This document shows, piece after piece, positions 51,099 through 59,646 of a stretch of 64,000 nt of DNA. The position numbers and the translations under genes were made by a program. Location of the stretch: NCBI GenBank assembly GCA_000092065.1, contig CP000586.1; one strand, given 5' to 3'. The notes under the pieces were generated by a model. That model made no database searches. It was not told the origin of the DNA and saw only the letters and a list, made by a program, of their open reading frames with translations. The stretch's first letter is position 1. Each line of letters starts with the position of its first letter. Source of the stretch: Ostreococcus lucimarinus. Its lineage: Eukaryota.

Positions 51099-52634
51099 TC
51101 ACGCATCGAAACCGTTGGTCCATATTTCGGCTTTGACTTGTTCCTTGCAAGCCTTTGCGAGAGCTTTAATGAACTTGGCGTGCAACTTGTGGCCAGCTTT
51201 GTAAGCGATGACGTGCCCGACCGGAACGCCGCTCATCCCGGGCTCGGCGAGCAGAGACAAATCACCAATCAAATCGAGAATCTTATGACGCGCCGGCTCG
51301 TTATTCACACGAAGAGGTGCGTTCCAGTACTGATCCCCGTTTGCGATGAGAGCACAATCTTCTAGACCTGCTCTAATATAGCCAGCGCGGTAGTACGCAG
51401 TGAAATCGTTCATAGTCCCAAACATTCTGGCCGGCGAGACGTGGAAAACATAAGGCGCGTCCTCAGTCGGCGTCCAGCTTTCCCACTGTTTACCGATGGC
51501 GGTAGTTTTGTACGAGAGATCGATACCGTACGTGAGCTTACTCACGTCGTCGACGTTGAACATCATAAAAGCGTCGCCTTCTTGCACCATGACGTTTTCA
51601 GTGATTTTCCAAGCCATACGCGGAACTTCGCCACCATCCACGGCGCGAGCCGGAGTGAGTCCCACGCAGCAAATATCGTACGCGTACGAAGATGCGCTCC
51701 CGTCCATAATGGGAACCTCGCCAGTGCCCTCAAGTTCGATGCGGCAGTTGTCGATTCCCATCGCCTCGAGCGCGCTCAACAAGTGTTCAGCCCCACGGAC
51801 TACGAAATCACCATTTAACTCCGAGCTCAAGCGCACATCTTCGTTTGCTAGCTCATAGCTCGCTCGCACTCGCGTTTCGTTCGCGTCGTATGATCCAGCG
51901 GCTTCGATCTCCGCCGCCAACGCCGTCCTCGCATTCGCCGCCAGCTCTCGCGTCTTTTCCTTTTCCTCCTCGTTGTTACTCAAAGCCATCCGCACGCGTT
52001 CGAGCAACATATCTTCAGCCTCCTCATCGCTGTAATCGATCGTATCCCGTAGCTCCTCATCGCTCGCGTTGATCGTACCGCTCGGCACCTTCACAAAGTA
52101 TCGCCCCTCTCCCGCCTTCGCCGGGCGCACTCGCATCAGCTCAACCTCACCGCTTCGCAACCCTGTGCCGGCGTACGTCACGCTTCTTCTAATCGTTTGT
52201 TGATATTCAGCGTTCGCGGGCACGCGCACGTTGAGTTCAGCCGCCGCCAACGCCGCGCTACGAACTTCGTCCCGGGACTGGAAATTCACGTACCCCTCGG
52301 TACCGCTCGACGACCCCGTCGCCTGCGCGCTCGCCCGAACGACGCGTCCGATGCGCTGCTGCGCGCCTTCACGCGCGCATCGCTGCCCCGCGGCGCTCAC
52401 CGAGGCGGTTCCCGCGCGCGCGCGGCGCGGCGTTCGCGCGGCCGAGGCGGCGGCGGCGCCCGTTCGCGCGGGCGTCAGCGTCGCGCGCATCGTCGCCGGC
52501 GGCGTCTGGCGCCGAAACGTGGCGTCGGAGAAAGTTTTCTTTCGCCGCGCGCGTCGGGACGCGCGAGAGAGACGCGTGCGGTGCGCGCGCGTGTGCGGCC
52601 CCGAAGGCGGGCCCGTGAGGGTTACAGTCTTCAA
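51099..52634 (-). CDS. lpxC: UDP-3-O-acyl-N-acetylglucosamine deacetylase LpxC (lipid A pathway), with an organellar presequence
   Basis: LpxC blocks: …IELEGTGEVPIMDGSASSYAYDI…, …HKILDLIGDLSLL…, …GHVIAYKAGHKLHAKFIKAL…. There is an acidic/charged insertion of about 60 aa in the N-terminal domain. The likely start is the later ATG MRATLTPARTG… (~52493). Confidence 0.85.
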   Translation of the reverse strand: MKTVTLTGPPSGPHTRAHRTRLSRASRRARRKKTFSDATFRRQTPPATMRATLTPARTGAAAASAARTPRRARAGTASVSAAGQRCAREGAQQRIGRVVRASAQATGSSSGTEGYVNFQSRDEVRSAALAAAELNVRVPANAEYQQTIRRSVTYAGTGLRSGEVELMRVRPAKAGEGRYFVKVPSGTINASDEELRDTIDYSDEEAEDMLLERVRMALSNNEEEKEKTRELAANARTALAAEIEAAGSYDANETRVRASYELANEDVRLSSELNGDFVVRGAEHLLSALEAMGIDNCRIELEGTGEVPIMDGSASSYAYDICCVGLTPARAVDGGEVPRMAWKITENVMVQEGDAFMMFNVDDVSKLTYGIDLSYKTTAIGKQWESWTPTEDAPYVFHVSPARMFGTMNDFTAYYRAGYIRAGLEDCALIANGDQYWNAPLRVNNEPARHKILDLIGDLSLLAEPGMSGVPVGHVIAYKAGHKLHAKFIKALAKACKEQVKAEIWTNGFDA

Positions 52635-52665
52635 CTGTAGTTCGCGCGCGTTACAATTCTAATCG

Positions 52666-54504
52666 TTACGGTCTGTGACGGACGTAAGGGAGGCGCCGAA
52701 GGTCGGCGTGTAGGGGAGGAACGATCCAAGGTTGCGCGCTCGCGCCCGGGGGGAGTGGAAGGTAGCGCGGTGGACGAGCGGCTGGGGGGTGACGGAGGCG
52801 AAACCAACGCCAATAGTCGTCGTAGGATCGCCGCGAGCGCGCGTCGTCGCGCGCGGTTGTGGTGGTGCCGCGGTGATAGGCATCGTCGACGACATCCATG
52901 TCTGTCTCGCTGGTGTCGTCATAATCTGATTCGTCGACGACGTGTAGGGTGTAGGCATGGCGGTGGGAATCGCGCACTCGTGCTCGGCAATCGGGCTCCG
53001 ACGACTGAGGTTCGTCGGCGACGAATTCGTCGTCAGACTCATCGCTTGACTCGATCGGGGCGTCCTTGAGGGTCTGAAACAATTCGGCGTCGGTGTCATC
53101 GAGCTCGTAATCGTACCAATTCGACGGTATGGTGTCGGGTAAAGGCTCGATGTTGCCACCGCGCTCGTTCACCAAACCGGCTCGAAGTTGTTCGAGCTCG
53201 TCGGCGGTCAGCACGGCGACAGCGAGTCCGTACGTCCCGAATCGCCCGGTTCTACCAATTCTATGCATATACGTAGCACCACTTGGTGGAACATCGAGGT
53301 TTATCACCAGGTTGACGTGCGTCAAGTCGACCCCGCGCGCCGTCAAGTCAGTCGAAACTAAGACGCGAAGCTGGAAATTTCGCATCTCTTCCATGACTTT
53401 CATTCGACGTTCTTGCGGAAGCGTACCCGCGGTGAACGCCGCTTTCAATCCTTGTGACGTCAAGCGCTTCGCTAAAGCTTCTCCCCAAGCCAATCGTCGC
53501 ACGAAAACAACCGCTTGGTGAAACGACACGTCGCCGCATATTTTCAACAGTCTCGCCTCTTTGGCGGTAATAACGTCCGCAAGTTTCGTCCCGTCCTCTT
53601 TTTCGATCAACGAGTAAAACTGGCGAACTCCCTGTAAAGCTGTCGTGCTCTCGCACAGCATCACTTTTTGTGGAGCTCGCATTAATCGCTCTAAATCACC
53701 CAGCAACGTCTTTGAGTACGTCGCGCTAAACGCGCACACTTGCTTACGCTCCGGCAACATGCTGTACGCGAACAGCACGTCTCGCTCGAACGTCCCACTC
53801 AATAACGCGTCTGCTTCATCTAATATCAACAACCGTGCTCCATCACACGCCATCGAACCCTCTTCTAACATCTGCCTCGTCCGTCCCGGCGTCCCCACGA
53901 CGACGTGCGGCTGACTCGCCAGCCGCGCTCGGTCCTCCTTCACCGGCAATCCCCCGACGAGCAAACACGTCTCTATCCCACCTCGCGCGTCCCCATCCAT
54001 GTCTTTAAATTTCTCAATCATCTCCACGAAACATTCGTGCGTTTGCACCGCGCACTCCCTCGTCGGCGCCAGCGCCAGCGCTTGCGTTCGCCGTCGTCCC
54101 GCATCCACGCGTTCGAGCGCGATGACGACGAACGTCATCGTCTTTCCGGTCCCAGACTTCGCCTGCGCGATGACGTCGCATCCAAACCGTCCGAGCGGCA
54201 CGCACGCGAGCTGCACGGGCGACGGCGCGTCGAATCCAGCCGCGCGAAGCGCGCGCGTGAGTCGCTCGTCGAGTTGTAAATCACCGAAAGACGCGCTCGA
54301 CGTCGCGCGTTCGCCGACGTTCGCGCCCGCGCGCGCGTCCGTCGATGTATCGTCACGCAGAGCGACATCGGACGAGCGCGCGCGCGGCGACGCGCGCGGC
54401 ATGGCGCGGTGCGACGCGGGATGTGGCGTCACTTCGCGCAACGACCAGCGCGATGGGACTGTACGACGACTTGCCCGACGCGAAACCGCGCGCGACGACG
54501 GCAT
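52666..54504 (-). CDS. DEAD-box ATP-dependent RNA helicase
   Basis: Q motif region (FGDLQLDERL…PSPVQ), AQAKSGTGKT, PTRE, LILDEADALL (DEAD), SAT, and HRIGRTGRFG. The tail is acidic. The more likely start is the second ATG at ~54402, because the first ATG overlaps the divergent neighbour's 5' end. Confidence 0.85.
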   Translation of the reverse strand: MPSSRAVSRRASRRTVPSRWSLREVTPHPASHRAMPRASPRARSSDVALRDDTSTDARAGANVGERATSSASFGDLQLDERLTRALRAAGFDAPSPVQLACVPLGRFGCDVIAQAKSGTGKTMTFVVIALERVDAGRRRTQALALAPTRECAVQTHECFVEMIEKFKDMDGDARGGIETCLLVGGLPVKEDRARLASQPHVVVGTPGRTRQMLEEGSMACDGARLLILDEADALLSGTFERDVLFAYSMLPERKQVCAFSATYSKTLLGDLERLMRAPQKVMLCESTTALQGVRQFYSLIEKEDGTKLADVITAKEARLLKICGDVSFHQAVVFVRRLAWGEALAKRLTSQGLKAAFTAGTLPQERRMKVMEEMRNFQLRVLVSTDLTARGVDLTHVNLVINLDVPPSGATYMHRIGRTGRFGTYGLAVAVLTADELEQLRAGLVNERGGNIEPLPDTIPSNWYDYELDDTDAELFQTLKDAPIESSDESDDEFVADEPQSSEPDCRARVRDSHRHAYTLHVVDESDYDDTSETDMDVVDDAYHRGTTTTARDDARSRRSYDDYWRWFRLRHPPAARPPRYLPLPPGASAQPWIVPPLHADLRRLPYVRHRP

Positions 54505-55541
54505 CGACGGCGCGTGACGGAGACGCGAGCGATGATGCGTCGATTCGCGACGCGAAACGGGCGAAGCGAGCGACGGGAGACGCGGGAGAGAGGAGCGAAG
54601 ACGCGCAAAAAGTGCAGCTCAGGGACGACGCGACGGTGGCGGCGCCGTCGAAAGCGGCGACGACGAAGGACGCGCTGCAGAGGATCGCGCAACACTTGCT
54701 AAAGCCAGAGAAATTCGTGAAAGCGTCGGGATTGCTGAAGAAGTTGTTGATGTCGGAGGCGTGCGACCGGGGCGACGCCAAGGCGTTGTTCGCGTGCCTG
54801 GAAAACGCGATGACGCCCACGCCCAAGGCGCGCGCGCTGCGGGCGGAGACTCGATTGGATTACGAAGAGTTGTTTGAAATTGTCGCCGCGTTCTCTCCGC
54901 TTATTTTCAACGCGAAACAAAAGAGAAAGCTGGAGGTCTGGTCGACGTATGCCAGAAGAATCAACGCGTTGCGAACGGATGATTCGTTCGAGTTCACGAA
55001 GGCGGTGAAAGCGATTCAGGAAGTCGTGGATCGGGTGGATAGTTACGTTGAGCCGCCGGGTGTCATAGAAGATGACGACATCGAGATTCCCCCTGCACCC
55101 GAGGGCGCGAGCGAGGAGGAAGCTATGGAGATGGCGACGCAGTACGCGCGCTCAATCAAAGCGGAGCGAGCGGCTGAAATCGAGCAGTTGGCCGTCGTCG
55201 ACGAATTACGCGAAGCTCTCATCGATGCGCTCGAGTTTACGTCGTCGCTTTACGGAAGAACTTGGTCGCAAACAACGATTGATATGATGTCTAACTTTTT
55301 TCACGAGCGTCGACCAAAATTTTCGCCGACGAGCCAGGAAAGAATAGTCAAAATTTGGGACGATTTACGCAAAAAGAAGCACGCTCGCAGTTTGACGAGT
55401 GCTGGTGATAAAGTGAGTATGACGTCATTCGAGCGCGATCAAGCCCGTGCGGCGGGGTCGCAAGTTTCCGCTCGCGGCTCCGTCGGCGCCGAAAACGTCA
55501 AGGACGGTCGCGGCGAGAGCGCGGCAAAAATGTTGGGATGA
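54453..55541 (+). CDS. Hypothetical conserved-looking protein (N-terminus MGLYDDLPDAKPR…, helical)
   Basis: A non-repetitive 362-aa ORF from the ATG at 54453. I recognise no domain. Confidence 0.5.
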   Translation: MGLYDDLPDAKPRATTASTARDGDASDDASIRDAKRAKRATGDAGERSEDAQKVQLRDDATVAAPSKAATTKDALQRIAQHLLKPEKFVKASGLLKKLLMSEACDRGDAKALFACLENAMTPTPKARALRAETRLDYEELFEIVAAFSPLIFNAKQKRKLEVWSTYARRINALRTDDSFEFTKAVKAIQEVVDRVDSYVEPPGVIEDDDIEIPPAPEGASEEEAMEMATQYARSIKAERAAEIEQLAVVDELREALIDALEFTSSLYGRTWSQTTIDMMSNFFHERRPKFSPTSQERIVKIWDDLRKKKHARSLTSAGDKVSMTSFERDQARAAGSQVSARGSVGAENVKDGRGESAAKMLG

Positions 55542-55653
55542 AGTAGCGCGTTAGAGTTCATCAATTCATCATCTAGAGTTTATTAAAACGACCCTAAATC
55601 GAACTTGACGCGTGACGACGGTCCAGCCGTGCGCGACGCGTCGACGTCGGCGC

Positions 55654-56100
55654 TTAGTTGGCGCTCTTCAAGAAGTCTTGAATGATGCCGAGCGCCGCCG
55701 TTTCTTCACCGAAATCGCTGATCACGCAGCACGAGCACTTCACGACCTTACGCGCAGTACCCTCGGCGTCGAGCTTGCACAAGCCAGCCCACTCACCGAG
55801 CGCCATAGCCTCCGGCACGCGAATCAAGTGCACGTTGACTTCGTTGCACAGCGCTTGGATGAGCTTCGTGTAATCCGCCTGGTCGCAATCTTGCGCCAAG
55901 ATGCAGATCAACGCCTTACGGCTCTCGATCGCCTTGCACGCTTCGCGCAAACCTCGGTGCAAGCCGTCGCAAGCGAGCGACTTCTTCAGCACCACCTGCA
56001 GCGCCGTCATGAGATCCATGGGTTCATCTCCCGCAGCCTCGACCGCGACTTCGGGTTGTTCGTCAACGACGTCTTCGACTTCCTCGCTGTTCGCGCGCAT
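55654..56100 (-). CDS. RPS12: 40S ribosomal protein S12e
   Basis: …LMTALQVVLKKSLACDGLHRGLREACKAIESRKALICILAQDCDQADYTKLIQALCNEVNVHLIRVPEAMALGEWAGLCKLDAEGTARKVVKCSCCVISDFGEE… is collinear with eukaryotic eS12. ATG checked at 56100..56098. The 139 upstream codons of the tracked ORF are not coding. Confidence 0.9.
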   Translation of the reverse strand: MRANSEEVEDVVDEQPEVAVEAAGDEPMDLMTALQVVLKKSLACDGLHRGLREACKAIESRKALICILAQDCDQADYTKLIQALCNEVNVHLIRVPEAMALGEWAGLCKLDAEGTARKVVKCSCCVISDFGEETAALGIIQDFLKSAN

Positions 56101-56500
56101 CGCAACATTTATTTCGCATTCGTCAGTCTCGCGTTCGACGTTCGCGCGCCATCGCGCGTCGCGCTCGCGTCCCGAACGCCGATCCCTCTGCGCTAGGGCT
56201 TTCATCGATCCTTCGTCGTCGCGCGCGTCGTCGCCGCGTCGTCGCCGCGCGTCCGCGACGTCACGCACTCGGCCATGATGAATGTGAAAAGGTTTAAGAA
56301 TACGCGCGGTCCTCAAATGTCCGTCCTTAACGACGCGTCGGTCGTCTCGAGCGATCCTCGCGCGCGAAAGTGGCGGACGGGCGCGTCGCGCGGGCGGCGC
56401 ATAACGCTCGGAAAGGCGTTTTGCGCGACACGACGACGCGCGCCGCGGCGTCGGTGAGGCGCGAGAGCGAGCGAACGACGCTCGAGCGGGGAGATAAAAA

Positions 56501-57142
56501 ATGCACGGCACGATCACGGGGACGGCGTTCGAGCGCGCGGACGTGGAGGCGGCGGTGGAGGCGGCACGAGCGGCGCGAGACGAGGCGATGCGGGCGTTCG
56601 AGGGACGAGGGCGAGACGCGGGAGGGCGCGAGCGGGCTCGGGAGGGCGCGCGGGGGGAAGAGAGAGGGCGAACGCGGGGTGGGGCGTCGAGCAGGGACGC
56701 GTTCGAGTCGCGGAGACGGCGGGAGGAGGAGAAGCGGTTCGATCCGCGCGCGCGGGCGAGACGCGCGGCGAGCGGCGCCGAGGCGAAGACGAGCGGACGC
56801 GACGGCGACGACGACGACGACGACGACGGTCACTGCGGTGCGTCGACGTTTGATGAATACGAGCTCGCGTGGTGCGCGTTCGAGCTACGAGCGATGAGCG
56901 GCGCGCAGATCGCGTTCGACGACGTCCCGTGGCCGCGCTCGGGCGCGTGGCTCCTCCGCCAATCGCTCGCGAACGCGGGCGACGACCGCGACGTGACCAA
57001 GCGCGCGCATCGCGCGTTTTTCGTGCGTTGGCATCCGGATAAGTTCATCCAACGCTTCGGTCGGGCGTTGGTCGAGAGAGATCGCGATCGAATCATCGCT
57101 CGCGCGTCGGCGACGTTTCGCTCCGCGCTCGCCGCGCGGTGA
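56501..57142 (+). CDS. Hypothetical protein with a C-terminal degenerate J-domain-like segment (HPD motif)
   Basis: …DVTKRAHRAFFVRWHPDKFIQRFG… sits near the C-terminus. The middle is R/E/G-rich low complexity with an Asp run. Weak call. Confidence 0.35.
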   Translation: MHGTITGTAFERADVEAAVEAARAARDEAMRAFEGRGRDAGGRERAREGARGEERGRTRGGASSRDAFESRRRREEEKRFDPRARARRAASGAEAKTSGRDGDDDDDDDGHCGASTFDEYELAWCAFELRAMSGAQIAFDDVPWPRSGAWLLRQSLANAGDDRDVTKRAHRAFFVRWHPDKFIQRFGRALVERDRDRIIARASATFRSALAAR

Positions 57143-57201
57143 CGCCGCTCGACGCGCGTCGGCGTCGAGCGCGCGAGCGCGCGCGTCGCCGTGTAAAAGT
57201 A

Positions 57202-57927
57202 CTAGTATGTGTGTATAACTAACGCCGCGTCGCGCTCGTCCACCGCCGTCGACCGTTCGTCGATGAACGCCCGAATCGCCTCCGTCGCCGCCGCGTCTCT
57301 CGGCGCGCGTCCGCGTCGATCCCTCGCCGCGTTCATCCTCTCCCACCGCCCCCCCATCCCGACGTGCGCGAACACCGCTCGCACGCACGCCAATTCCCCG
57401 CTCGCGCACGCTTTGTGCAGCGCGTTCTCCCCGTCCGCGTCCCTCGCCTCGGCGTCGCTCCCTCCCTCGAGCAGCGCCGCGCACGCCTCGCCTCGCCCCC
57501 CCGCGCACGCCTTGTGCAGCGCCGTCCCTCGTCCCGCCCGCGTCGTCGCGCGCGCGTCGCACCCTAACTCGAGGCACGCCTTCACGCACCTCGCGCACCC
57601 TCGTCGCGCGGCGTGATGCAGCGGCGTGTACCCCGACGCGTTCGTCGTCGTCCCGTCCTCGTCCGCGCTCGCCGGCCGTCGCGCGAGCGCCTCGCGCAGC
57701 GCCTCGACGTCGCCGCGCGCCGCCGCGCCGCACGCCGAGCGGTCGAACGCGATCTCATCCAGGGTCTGCGTCGCGCACGTCGCGCGCGCGCAGCACGCGC
57801 ACGCCGTCGCGCGCGCCATCGCGTCGCGCGATGCCGCGACGACCGACCGACCGACCGACCGACCGACCGACCGACCGGGGTTTAGCGACGCACGTTTTCG
57901 GGGGTGCTCATATGGCGTACGCGTCAC
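57202..57927 (-). CDS. Ankyrin-repeat protein
   Basis: 3-4 ANK units (GYTPLHHAARRGCARCVKACLELGCDA…GTALHKACAGGRGEACAALLEGGSDAEARDADGENALHKACASG…). The N-terminal GRSVGRSVGRSV comes from a (GACC)7 microsatellite, so the start may be the later MARATA… ATG. Confidence 0.7.
   Translation of the reverse strand: MTRTPYEHPRKRASLNPGRSVGRSVGRSVVAASRDAMARATACACCARATCATQTLDEIAFDRSACGAAARGDVEALREALARRPASADEDGTTTNASGYTPLHHAARRGCARCVKACLELGCDARATTRAGRGTALHKACAGGRGEACAALLEGGSDAEARDADGENALHKACASGELACVRAVFAHVGMGGRWERMNAARDRRGRAPRDAAATEAIRAFIDERSTAVDERDAALVIHTY
57838..57868. repeat. (GACC)7 microsatellite
   Basis: Read directly. It lies at or just inside the 5' end of the ankyrin-repeat ORF, where it encodes GRSVGRSVGRSV on the minus strand. 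Confidence 0.85.
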
Positions 57928-57977
57928 CTAGAATACGTGTGTGACTTCTCTGACGTATACGACACATCGCGAACGGC

Positions 57978-58210
57978 ATGAAATGGATTTATTACCACGG
58001 CCCCCCGCCGCGGTCGAATTCAAATCGCGTCGGCGCGCGGCGCGCGAACGGCGCGACCGACGACGGGAGAACGACGCGCGCGCGCGCGACGCGGGCGATG
58101 GCGATGACGATGCGCTGGACGCGCGTCGCGCCGAACGCGGCGAACGCGGCGCGCGGACGCCGCGTCGACGCGCGACGAGGGCGCGCGGGGACGAGGGACG
58201 GCGCGCGCGG

Positions 58211-58241
<31 letters not shown>

Positions 58242-59606
58242 GCGGCGGCGGGACGCGCGAGGACGACGACGCGACGCGCGATCGGACCGAGCGAACCGAC
58301 GTCGTTCGTGGAGGACGAACCGAGGGACGAGGAGATCGAGGCGGTGGTGAACGAGGGGAGAGGGAACGCGGGGACGGGGGCGCAAGACGTGGGACGCGCG
58401 GCGAGGTACATGCGAGAGCTGATCAAGAACCAGGTGAACTCGAATCATCTCGCGCGCGCGGGTTCGATCACGGATTCTTCGGTCTTGCGCAGGAAAGGAC
58501 GGCTCAAGGAGCAGGACGCGCTGATCGAGTTCATCGTGGAGTTGCACAAGACGCACACGACGGAGGAGGTTTTCACGAAGGTGGAGACGTGGATCGACGA
58601 GGTGCTCGAGCTGCCGAAAGAGAAGCGGAGGTTTAGTAAGCTTTCGAGAATGGTACCCGCGGTTGGGTTTTTCTTCCACCGCTTGCCTTTGTTGAAGGCG
58701 CTGCGAGAGTACGACGAGTTTTCCTCGTTGTCCAAGCGGCGGTACGTGCTTCCAAACTTTGCCGAGGTGCGGCACATTTTGAACATCGCGCAAGTGCACG
58801 CGTCGAGTAAGGACGTGCGGTTGGTGACTTTCGATGCCGATGGAACGTTGTACGCCGACGGTGAGCACTTTGAGGACGATAATAAGATGATCGATAAGAT
58901 TATGCAGCTCATGGAGTTGGGCATTCACGTCGCCATTGTCACCGCCGCGGGTTATCCGGGCGAGCCGACCAAGTTTGAGGGGCGACTGAAGGGTTTGGTG
59001 GACGCTTTCGAGGCGCAAGCGCTGCCGAAAGAAGTGTACGAAAAGTTTCACGTCATGGGTGGCGAATGTAACTACCTCTTGCGAGTTAACGACGAGTATC
59101 GCCTGGAGTTTGTACCCTCGGAGGAGTGGCACAGCGAGCACATGTACGACTGGAGAGACAACGACGATGTTCGCATGTTCCTCGACCGCGCGGAAGAATT
59201 CTTGACCTCATATGCGAAGCACTTGGGCGTTCAAGTGGATGTCTTGCGCAAGGAATACGCGGTCGGAGTCTTGCCCAAGGGCGATACCATTTACGAAAAC
59301 TTGGAAGAAATGGCGCTCGCGAGCCAAGCCGAGCTTAGCGACGCGAAGATTCCATTCTGCGCCTTCAACGGAGGTAACGACGTTTTCGTGGACGTAGGTA
59401 ACAAGCACATCGGTTTGCAAGCGCTCATGAAGTACTTAAACGTCGCTGGTTCGCAAACTTTGCACGTCGGCGATCGTTTCACTCTCACGGGTAACGACGC
59501 CAAGGTGCGCGAAGCGGCGTCCATTCTCTGGGTCGCGAGTCCGGACGAAACCACGTTCTTCATGCGTTTGCTCTACCGCGATATTCTCAACGCACGTATT
59601 CTTTAA
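57978..59606 (+). CDS. ISN1: IMP-specific 5'-nucleotidase (ISN1 family, HAD-like)
   Basis: The ISN1-type catalytic block is …VRLVTFDADGTLYADGEHFEDDNKMIDKIMQLMELGIHVAIVTAAGYPGEPTKFEGRLKGLVDAF…. The N-terminal ~100 aa are low complexity. Confidence 0.85.
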
Positions 59607-59646
59607 TATAACTGCAAGCTGTGTATATTATAATCCTATTTCATCG

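Noticed and set aside
56101-56517. The 139-codon N-terminal extension of the tracked S12e ORF
   Set aside because: eS12 aligns from the internal ATG (MRANSEEV…). The upstream part is R-rich junk over the promoter.
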